Below, in pieces: positions 25,628-37,543 of a DNA stretch of 64,000 bases; position 1 is the first letter of the stretch, and every line of letters starts with the position of its first letter. A program made the position numbers and the translations under genes. The stretch covers positions 1,550,001 to 1,614,000 of the forward strand of contig NEEC01000021.1 of the NCBI GenBank assembly GCA_002189035.1, in the 5' to 3' direction. This DNA is from Utricularia gibba. Its lineage: Eukaryota > Plantae > Magnoliophyta. The notes beneath the pieces are model-generated. The model saw nothing but the letters and a program-made list of their open reading frames with translations, was not told the origin of the DNA and did not search any database.

Positions 25628-26690
25628 ATGGAGCGGACGTTCATTATGATCAAGCCCGACGGCGTTCAGAGAGGCCTGGTAAGCATATAAGCTATTTCTA
25701 GCTTGAATTCGTTGTGCTTATGTGTGCTTTTGCTGGGATCAATCAGATCCAGGTTTTTAACTGAGGGCTGTACTTTGAGCTGTTATACGTATGTTTCAGG
25801 CTAGGGAGATCATTGGCAGATTTGAGAAGAAGGGTTTCACTCTTAGAGGTACCGTTTCACATTTTTCTCTTGTTCTGTTGTGTTTTGGATTCAGTTGTCT
25901 GTGGAATTACCGCTGTTGCATTCCCTTGCGTTGGTGCTTTCCTTGCAGAAAATTTATTCTTTGTAAAGCGTATATTTTTTTTTTGTTCCGGTCAGATACG
26001 CAAAACGAATTGCGTAGCTCAAAAGCTAAACGCTATCCTCGTCTGTGTTTTATGTTTCACTCATTGATCATTTTATGTTAAATCTAGTGAATTATTTATC
26101 AGGATCATGGTGAAAACAGAGCTAACTGGCAGAAAAGATGACAATGAATAATGCTTTGTTGGCCATTTTGACAAAAACATCATCTTTCAACTGTTAGTAG
26201 TGGTGTTTGTAACTTCACATAGCTTATGGTGTAAGTTATGCTTTGTCAAAACAGGCCTCAAGCTCTTGACAGTGGACCGCCATTTTGCTGAAAAGCACTT
26301 CAAAGCCTTTCTTTAGTAAGCTGGTGGACTACATCATCTCTGGTCCTGTTGTCGCCATGGTGTGGGAAGGAAAGAATGTGGTAGTCACTGGAAGAAAGAT
26401 CATCGGCGCCACTAACCCTTCTGATTCTGCACCAGGAACCATCCGTGGAGACTATGCCATTGACATTGGCAGGTAAATTTCAGCCCTTTCGCTTGTCCTG
26501 TCCAATAGGTTCCAAAACTTCATTTGGAATGTTGGAGATGGCTTATTCGGATGTCTGCTCCTGCAGGAATGTAATTCATGGTAGTGATGCTGTCGAGAGT
26601 GCGACAAAGGAGATTGCCCTTTGGTTCCCTGAGTGTATTTCAGAGGGGAGATTGTGGAGGAGGAAACTTCGTCCTTGAATTTACGAGTGA
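25628..26690 (+). pseudogene. NDPK1: Cytosolic nucleoside diphosphate kinase 1 (NDPK1), probably pseudogenising
   Basis: Four exons: MERTFIMIKPDGVQRGL, ...RFEKKGF, ...[10 protein letters not shown]...[22 protein letters not shown] 14-nt deletion at 26298/26299 gives in-frame TAG at 26314-26316; TGG-to-TGA at 26676-26678; 9-nt insertion in the last exon. Confidence 0.75.
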
Positions 26691-27190
26691 CTGCTGCTCC
26701 CTTGAACTTGTGTGGCTTTACAAGTCATGTTTAAGTGTCTTGAACTCTAAATTTTGTTTGCCATGTTACAATGCACTCTCGATGTTAATAATTTTATGCC
26801 TTTGAACCATAATTGTGAGTGCTTGATATCATCTTCAGCCATCAGATTAGTTGTTTTCGCAGTAGCAGAAGCAACACCATTCCCATGGCTATGCTACATT
26901 AACAATAACACACTCAACAGGTGTTTCTAAGCCTATGAGAGCGCTAGTGTCTGTTGATGGGACTGCAGGTGCATCATGTCGATCAAATGTCTAAACACAG
27001 AACCACAGATAATATATGTCCTGTGTGATTCAACATGATTTATAACACACGCAAGGCACCACTTCACAGAGGGTTACAACTTACAACACAGGGATGGAAT
27101 GAAGCCCAAGCAAGCTTCTTTAATTAGAAGTTGAAGCTAGAAATGTCGAACAATATATTATTTTGCAACACCACTTCCCTGGATGGCGAT

Positions 27191-28663
<1,473 letters not shown>

Positions 28664-28930
28664 GGGGATCAAACTCAAGTGCGCGGAATAAATCCTTCCC
28701 GGACAGAGAAGAAAATGGAACCACCAAGCAATCACGCACTACCGTGAGAGAGAAAATAGCTTCCCCAGTAAATGCACATATATATACACGCCTTTTGGTT
28801 GCGTTTATTTTACGAAAGGTTCATGAGGCCACTCTCCTATAAACAAGGCTTTTATTGCTCAACATTTTTGGAAAGAATATTTGGAGTTCCAGAGAGCGCC
28901 ACCGCGTCCCTGATTGTCTGAGGGTAGAAG

Positions 28931-28983
28931 CTGCAACACTTTGCGCCATTGAAAAAAAAAAAAAAAAAACTGCTACACTTTGC
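28931..28983 (+). mobile_element. Minimal retrotransposition-like scar: 14-bp direct repeats flanking GCCATTG + A18
   Basis: ctgcaacactttgc (28931-28944), gccattg, A18, ctgctacactttgc (28970-28983); one mismatch between the repeats. Confidence 0.45.
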
Positions 28984-29978
28984 ATCAATTATCAATTGCT
29001 GTCTGAAGTAAATCTACAGTTCTGACCTTTGAGAAGAAGAAAGGGAAAAAATTTTCCGATGGGTAGTTTCAATCCGTGATCCCAAGGCCCCCAGGTGTCC
29101 AACAGTGATCGATGTGGTTGACATGTGTTAGTAGTTCTTGCAGAACCTTCAAAGACTGTATTTTTCCACAATTCTCAGGAAATGGGATTGATAATTTATC
29201 GGTTTTCCCGTGTTTCATCGCTCGGGGGATGCTACCACCCCTGTATTTCGTGCAATTTCACTGAAAATAGTACCTTCAATATCGCTAGCAGTGGAAAATC
29301 GACTGGGAATTCTAACCCTGATTATGGAAGAGGTAAAGCAGGGATTAAAGGAAGCATAATGAGTTGAGTATCGAAGGAACCGGAAATGGTGAGAAACAAG
29401 AGAAGGGAATAGAATAAGGAATGTTAACACGAAGGCCACGGAATTACAGCCTCTGGCCTGATGGTAGTGGAAGTAGAAAAAGAACTAATAACGCTCGTTT
29501 TACTAGGTGCTGCATCCGATTGGGGTAGATTTCTATGAAGCCTCGCAATAGAACAAGATTACGGTTTACATGGCAAGTTCAAGGAAGCCAAGATCAATGT
29601 CTGAGATGAAGAAGAGGTGGAACAACCATCCCCCGATGTAACTTCTTCCAAGAATACAAAAGACCCTTCTTTTCAAGTTGTGTTGCATGGGCTTCTGCTA
29701 TGAAAAGTGCGTGAACGTACCTTCTGTAAAGATACAGTACAGTCATTGGTTTGAATTTTGAAACATGAGGACTATTAGCATCAGCGAACTTAAATGCAAT
29801 TGGTATCTTCTACTCCCAATTAAGGTAAGGGGATTATTACAAATTCATGCCTTTGAACAATACACAGGAATCGGTGCACTTTTTAATGACCAGGATTTGT
29901 TCCCTGATATTCAATCCAATGGCTTCACAGTTCTTATATTTATGCAGCAGCAGCTCAAAGGATGAGGACAGAAACAAA

Positions 29979-30784
29979 ATGACCAGAAGAAAAGTTGTGT
30001 TAGCTTACATAGCCAATGACTCCGAGAGAAAAGCTTCTTACAAGAAAAGAAAGAAGGGGCTGCTCAAGAAGGTGAAAGAAATCACGGTTCTTTGTGATGT
30101 TGAAGCCTGTGCAATAATCTACAGTCCCTTCCATCCCGAGGGACCGGAGACTTGGCCATCGAGAGAGGGAGCTGCGGCAGTGCTGGAGCGGTTTTGGCGG
30201 CTGTCGGAGATGGAACAAGCAAAGAAGATGTTGAATCAGGTGATAAATTTCAACTATCAAGTGGTTTTTTTATTAATACATGTGCCAAGTTAACAGCTTT
30301 ACCTGCCCTCTTACAATAAATACATCAGGACAGCTTCACGCGACAAAGAATACGGAAGCTGCTGGAGAATCTCCGGCGAGCCCAGAAGGAGAATAAACGC
30401 CTTGAGCTCGAGATTTTCATGTTTCAATGCATGGCAGGGTTGGCAAGCATCGACGCGTTCGACATCACCGATGCGGCAGAAATGTCGTGGGTGGTTAAGC
30501 AGATGCTCCGGGAGGTAGGGTTCAGGATCCAGGACTTGAAAATGGGCGCCACCAGCGGGCCCGAAAAGGGGGTGGCTCCACCGAAGACGGCGGCGTGTCC
30601 GGAGAATGCCAACCGGGATGGCTTTGATTGGAGACCCGTTGAGGAAAGCTCCGGCGAGAGCGTTGGATTCCATGGAGGCGAGTTTGTTTGGTCCGATTTG
30701 ATGGCGGCGCCGCCTTCTCCATACTTTGTGGACGGGAAGTGCGGCGGTGGCGTTCCCAAGGATGCTTGGCACTGGAGCTACTAG
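29979..30784 (+). CDS. Type I M-gamma MADS-box protein, AGL80-like, with one 89-nt intron (30240-30328)
   Basis: MTRRKVVLAYIANDSERKASYKKRKKGLLKKVKEITVLCDVEACAIIYSP...WPS...EMEQAKKMLNQ|DSFTRQRIRKLLENLRRAQKENKRLELEIFMFQCMAG. The MTR.KV.LAYI.ND and MFQC motifs are typical of the AGL80/M-gamma clade. Confidence 0.88.
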
Positions 30785-31301
30785 TCCTACTATACACTGA
30801 ACAGGGGCGGAATTGCAATATAAATCTTCCTGGGGGGTGGAATGAAAAAACAGGAAACGAAAGGGACGACTGTGGTCCCCGCGGTTGGACATCGTGTTAC
30901 AAAAGGAATTTATGAGGAATGGAGGGGGGGGGGGGGGCCTCCGAAATTTCACCTTTCTTTGTGGAGGTGAAAATATTTCAAATGGGTCGACTTATAAGTT
31001 TCATTGAAATTGATTGACGTGGTTGCACTAATTCCCTCAAATTGCAGAATAACCCATAAAAATTACGCTCAAGCCCCTAAAATATTAACAAATCACACAA
31101 GCCTATTATGTATTATATAACCATTTATTCATTATTGGTGGTAAAAAAGAGTAAAGGGAAGTCAAAAGCTAGGCGTTGAAGTCCATGACACACGCCCCAT
31201 GGTCATCCTCTCTTTTTCTATATTCTTAAAAAAATCACCATTTAATCATTTTATTATTAATCCTATTAATCATGGGTTTTTTTAAAATTTTAAAACGATG
31301 G

Positions 31302-31493
31302 TTTATCTAAATCCAAATAAATAATTTTTTCGGATTTTGACAACCCACAAATTCGTAAAACCTATAACCTCAATTTTTTTTTGCATAATACAATTCTCAA
31401 ATTTTAAAACAATTATTTATCTAAACCTAAATAAATAATTGAATCCGTGACACCCATAACCTCAAACATTTGTTTTCATAATACAATTCCAAA
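31302..31493. repeat. Imperfect AT-rich tandem direct repeat (two units, about 100 and 80 bp), possible MITE relic
   Basis: Units starting at 31302 and 31416 share tttatctaaa..aaataaataatt, ataacctcaa and cataatacaatt.c.aaa blocks. Confidence 0.6.
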
Positions 31494-32015
31494 CACACTT
31501 GACATTCTATCCCTACCCAAGTGTGAGATGGTCCCCATTTTTTAATATTAATAAATAAGCGAGATATTTAAAAAATGAAAAATAGTTTTGTGCCTTTTTT
31601 TATTGATTATGAATATTATTGCAAGGGGGGTTGTACACCGACGGATATTGGCGTACATTAAATTAAAAAATGTTTTTTTTATTATTTTGTATTATTTTAT
31701 TAAATTAAAAAATGAGAAAAATGGTGGGTTGATGAAGGGACATAATAATGAGGAAATTAATCAATGGGATTATGTAAATCATTCCTATTAATTATGCGCA
31801 TTCTAAAAGGTTATTATTATTAGGAATTTATTTATTGTCTATTAAAGTTAAGGAGGAGACTGCTGGAGGAAAGTGAAGTGGAGGTGCAGGTGCGGCGATG
31901 GAGGCAGCGTTTCCATTTCCTCCGCCAGTTGGCTTCACGCACGCCGACATCCTCCCGGGGGCGTCTGGGATCGTTACTTTCTGGTAAGATCAACGGGGAA
32001 ATTGGATTCTTGGGA

Positions 32016-35000
32016 ATGGGCTGCGCGACCTCGAGGTTGGACAACGAGGACACGGTGCGGCGGTGCAAGGACCGCCGCCGCTTTATGAAGGAGGCGGTGT
32101 ATGCTCGGAATCATCTTTCCACGGCTCATTCTGACTATTGCCGTTCACTCCGAGTTACCGGCGCCGCCCTCGTTACCTTTGCCTCCGGCGAGCCACTTAT
32201 CTCGTCTCACCACGCGCCTGCGGTTCTCCTGCGGGGAATTCTTCTGCGGCTTCCGTTGACGGTGGGAAGACGGATGATTTCGTTTCCCCAATTCGGCATC
32301 AAGTCCCGTTGATCCCCCCTTCACCGCCGCCACCGCCCCTGTCCACAGCCTCCTCCCATCGCCATCAACCACAAGCGCCGCCGATTCGGCGGAAGAAGCC
32401 GGTGAAACTTCCTCATATCCTTTCCGAATCAAGCTTCTCATCCTCGCCTGCGCGCAGCCATAATTCCATCTACAATGTTGCCAGAGGAAATTCAACCTAC
32501 GCCAGTACACCTTCCCAAGCTTCTTCTGTGTGGAATTGGGACAATTTCTATCCTCCATCTCCCCCAGATTCTGAATACTTTCAGAAACTCCATAACGAGA
32601 AGAAGACTTCAACCCACAAAGATGATCATTCGGACTACGATCGTTCAACAGATTCTGACAACGAAGAGAAAGGTTCAAGTTTTAGATCTTTCACAGATTC
32701 TCGAGAACACGGCCGTGAATTCATGAAAAGTATGCAGTTCGAAGACCAAGCATCGAACCGCTCCGGATATTCTCACTACCCAGAAAGCCATTCGAAAAGC
32801 TACGCATCGGGAACCCGTGAAATTCCTCACAAAAAAGGGCAGAATATCCCCAGTGGGATAGCGAAGATGAAGAAACCGAACGAGAAGAAGTACAATGCAG
32901 TGAGTGGGGAGACCATGATCATTACAGCAGTTCCACTGATGATGATGGGAGAGAGGATTTGAAATCAAGATCCGATTTTGGGCGTGGGAAAAAAGAAGCG
33001 GCTGCGCCGGCGGCGGACATGGGAGCAGTGAAGGGGAATCCAGATTCCAAGTATTCGGCTAAACTGAAGAAGCCGCCCTCCGAAGACGATGAGAAATCAT
33101 CCGTTACCTGGGGGAATGGGAATCATGAAGGGATGAATTTGGACAGAAGAATCGTCCTAAGGCACCAAAATCTGTCAGAAATTGTGACGGCCATCAAGGA
33201 ATATTTTGATAAAGCTGCTTCTGCCGGGAACAGGTATCCGAGATTCTTGAAGTAGGCAGGGCTCAGTTCGATCGGAGCTTCACTCAACTGAAAAGTAAGT
33301 TTTTGTTGGCGCACTCTTCTTGGTTTCAGATCGTTTTCTTTTGTTCTTTTCAGACATTGCAGGTCTAAGATCATTCTGCAGTTGAATACTTTCTTTCTGT
33401 CTCTCCATTACAGAGACGGTGTACCATTCTAGTGGAATGTTGAGCACATTGAGCTCTGCGTGGTCATCAAAGCCTCCCTTGGCCGTCAAATACCAATTCA
33501 ACCCCGTTACGCTCGAGCACCCGGGTGGTTCAAAAAGCCTTTGTTCAACCATGGAACGTCTGTTGGCTTGGGAGAAGAAACTATACGAAGAAGTAAAGGT
33601 AATCCCTTTTCATTTCCCAGCCAAAAAATTGAATCTTGTTGTTTCCATCGAGCAAGATGGCGTTTTCCCCCCCTTATCAAGTGGTATCTGTACTTGGGGT
33701 ATGCTTCGTTTGTAGCTATTTCTTATCTTCAAGGGGATGTATTCTGCGCGTTTCCATTATCAAAAAACCTGGCTTTCTTGGACTTTGTTTTTGTTGTTGC
33801 TATCACAACCATATCATCATGAAAATCTGTGGCGGGTGGAAGACAACGACAAACAAGAATTGTCTGTACAATGTCAATTTGAATGGGAGGGGGCCTGCTT
33901 CACGGCAATTTTGTTTCTTAGTGGGTGTAAGTGTCGGTTTTTTGTACCCTCTCCACAGTGGTGCGCAAGGAACAATGAACAAAGACCTGGTTTTTACTAT
34001 CTACTTTACAATGGAGATTCCTCGTTGATCATAAATATTACAAAAACTGATAGGATTTTAGTAATCATGTTTGCTGTGCTGTGCCTTCTGTTGTTTGTAG
34101 CCGATGAACTGATATGATGTCTGCAGTCCACTGATTTTGGTTAAGCTCATTGTAGGCTAGAGAAGGAGTGAAAATCGAGCACGAGAAGAAGCTTTCGTTG
34201 CTTCAAAACCAGGAGTATCGGGGTGAAGAGGAAGCCAAGGTCGATAAGACCAAGGCAGCCATAAAGAGGCTACAGTCTCTGATTGTGGTGACATCGCAGG
34301 CAGTGTCAACTACTTCATCCTCCATTATCGAGCTCCGTGACTCGAGCCTCATCCCCAGCTCGTTGAACTGTGCCATGGGTAACCTCTTCTGCCTTCTTCC
34401 TGGAAACAAAGAATGATGTGTTGTGTTCATGATGAATGTGGGGATTTTCTTTCTGAACTTTCGAAATTTCTGCTGTATATGGCCTTCTTAACAGTTTTCT
34501 GATTTGGAAACAACAGGCTGATGTACATGTGGAGGTCAATGAATCAGTTTCATGAAGCCCAGAACGACATTGTGCAGCAAGTGCGCGGCCTTGTCAGCCA
34601 GATGACTAAAGGTGACTGCACATCCGATCTTCACCGGCAGGCGACGTGCTATCTTGAATCCGCTGTATCGGAGTGGCACTCGAGTTTCTGCCGCCTGATC
34701 AAGTTCCAACGCGACTTCATTCGATCTCTCCATGGCTGGTTCAAGCTTACCCTCCTCCCTGTCAGCAGTGAGCCCAGCGATGCCACCAGGGAGCTGGGGA
34801 AAGTCTTCAAGTTCATGGATGAGTGGAAGCTGGCTCTCGACCGTGTTCCGGACACAGTCGCTTCGGAAGCCATCAAAAGCTTCACGAACGTCGTCCATTC
34901 GATAACCGTGAAGCAAGCAGAGGAGCTTAAGATCAAGAAACGGACCGAAATCGTCTCCAAAGAGCTTGAGAAAAAGGCGTCCTCTCTAAGGAGCATCGAG

Positions 35001-35303
35001 AAGAAGTACTACCTCTCTTACTCCTCTGTCGGCATCGGACTCCCGGACTCTGGACCGGAAAACGGCCATGTTTTCGATGCTCGAGACCCATTAGCGGAGA
35101 AAAAAGCAGAGCTTGCAATCTGCCAGACCCGGGTCGAGGATGAGATGCTTCGACACTCGAGGGCAGTGGAAGTCACCCGAGCAATGACACTGAACAATCT
35201 TCAAACAGGGCTGCCTGGAGTTTTCCAGGCCATGACCGGCTTCTCCGCCTTGATCTCGGAATCGCTTCAAACCGTATGCAACGACTCCTACGATATTTAC
35301 TAA
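32016..35303 (+). CDS. NRG2: DUF630/DUF632 protein, NITRATE REGULATORY GENE 2 type
   Basis: [116 protein letters not shown]. Four exons; at least four homopolymer frameshifts. Confidence 0.93.
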
Positions 35304-35862
35304 TTCGCCGCTGCTAATATGGCTCTGTTATCGGGATTTCAGACAGATGGGAAGCATGAAGCTCCTGTTCTTCACCTTCCCAGTTTGCATTCTTTCTTCA
35401 TTATATGGTGTATTCGATATGTTGAATGCTACAGACTCTTAAAATAAAGATGGATATATGAATTCTGTAATCATTACACTTCTTCCTCCTCCGACAACTG
35501 AAGAACTCATCCATGAACAACATAGGATTTTGGGAGCATAAATCACATTTTCTGTTCAACTGGAAAACTTGGAGATCAGCTCATCCGCCTGAATCATTAT
35601 GTCACCGATGCAGGGATGGATGAACAGGCGATCGAGGTTCCAGCATCCATGTAATGAACTGATGGACAGGCACCGGATGAGGAGGATTTGGTGTTGATGC
35701 CAAGGCGCACGCAAGTCTATGCTGCAACCAGTAGATATTTTATTTATTTATTTATTTATTTATCATCATCTTCTTCTTCGCCCCCTCTCTATTAATGGCA
35801 ATAAATGAATCAGTTTCTCTCTTAGCCAGAAAAACAAGATTCCCGGAGCTGCAAGTAACGCC

Positions 35863-36760
35863 ATGGGTCAGATTCTTGAAAAACTTCAAGGTATCGAAAG
35901 CGCGAGATCGTTGTCTAAAATCATTTCTTATATCGATCTTCGGTGTTTCTTTGGGAGTTCGTTACGTGGTTTGTGGTTTATATCTGGGTTTTCAACGGTT
36001 TCGTTTCTCGCATGTTACGTTGATTGCAGTACATTCGTCTGCGAGTTGAGTTCATGGGTAGGAGAAAGTTTCTGGGTTTTTTCTCAGATGAAAGAAAAAA
36101 ACGGGGAAACACGCTATATACGTAAAGCTGTCGTCTTTCTGCAGGAAAGGAGTGGAAGGAAGAACAGATTCTCAAGATCTCCGGCAAGGTGTACGATCGC
36201 GTCAAAACCGAGTCCGGAGCAGTGAAACTGAAGTTCGGGGAGCTCTATATAGGGGTGCTGCTCGTGTACAAGTGAGAAGCCTCTCCTCTCTTTCAGTGCA
36301 CTCAATCGCTACTCGATTTCACACATTTGCTGCAGTGATCTTAACAAGCGGTTGCCTGGTCCTCATTTCGATCCACCCACGAGGGAGCAGCTCAAGGAAC
36401 TCATGAAGGTGTTCATAGCTTTTAGCCCGTTGTTCACCGGAAGCGCAAACAAGTAACATAAGCTTCATTGCTTGTGTTGTCCATCTGCAGAAGTGCGACG
36501 TAAACCTGGATGGTGAGCTTGACAAAGGGGAGTTTGCAAATTTCATCCGCCACATAACGAAGGGCGCATTCGCTACGGTTAGTCAGGGGCTGATCATCTC
36601 ACTGGCTGTTGCTCCCACCGTGGCTTTGCTGACAAAAAGAACAACTGAAAGCGTTCCCGGAGTTGGAAAAGTTGTGCAGAAAATACCCAGTTCTGTGTAT
36701 GCTTCTCTTGTGACTCTCGCCATTGTTGCATGTCAACAAGCCGCCGAGAGGACGGCATGA
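35863..36760 (+). CDS. Small EF-hand calcium-binding protein with a hydrophobic C-terminal segment
   Basis: Four exons: MGQILEKLQG|KEWKEEQILKI...LYIGVLLVY|(N)DLNKRLPGPHFDPPTREQLKELMK|KCDVNLDGELDKGEF...LAVAPTVALLTKRTTESVPGVGKVVQKIPSSVYASLVTLAIV. EF loop DVNLDGELDKGE. Confidence 0.85.
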
Positions 36761-37543
36761 GCAGATGCATACTGTTGCAAATGTCTTGCTAGGTAGAAGA
36801 ACTTGAGCGCAGAGCTTCAGAAGCTCGGTAGCAATCTACTCTTCTGCCATGAATAAGCTGAATTGTTCAGGGGTACAGAAAACTCTCTGTTCTTTCCGGT
36901 ACAGGGGTGAACGTCTTTGTCGACATATATCTCAGAGATACCTTTCAAACCATTTTCATTTCAGCGTCAAATTCATAGGAAAAAAGACGAATGAAACAGA
37001 AACTTGTCTATTATTTCAAACTCATTTATTCCATCCATTACTTGACAAGCAACAGTTGGTGAAGTATTTCTATGAGTAGCTGGTGTTTCGGCCTGCAACG
37101 CTCAGAAACTCTGTTCCCATTGAAAAAGAATTGGTTCGCAGAATGTTATTGTTGGCGTATGTGTTTAAAATTTAACCTTTCATGAGTAATGATCTATGCT
37201 AGATTTGCACCATTGATTATATTCACGGCCTTGGCGCGAAGTTTTCTCGTTACCAAAAACATGCATGGAACAAAAACCGGGAACGCCAAAGAACTCATTT
37301 TTTCTGATGCCTTTTCCCTAGTTCCCGAAAATGATTTCATTTGGAAGAAATTGCGATATGGGGGTTCTCAAAATTGATGATTTCCTCTTACATCTATCCC
37401 GTTAGGATCAAAATCTGTTAACTTTTTTCACTTTCGTTGCGTTGTAATGTGAACCAAGCGTCACCATAGATGGGATTTGTTGTTTCTGAATAGAAATTTT
37501 TTTTGGGGTGGCAAGCTGATTCAATCTGCTATGCATCAGCGCA

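Noticed and set aside
30311-30952. 213-aa minus-strand ORF over the MADS second exon
   Set aside because: Antisense shadow of GC-rich coding sequence that begins in a poly-G tract.
31878-32015. In-frame N-terminal extension of NRG2
   Set aside because: It starts at GTG; the family begins at MGC (32016).
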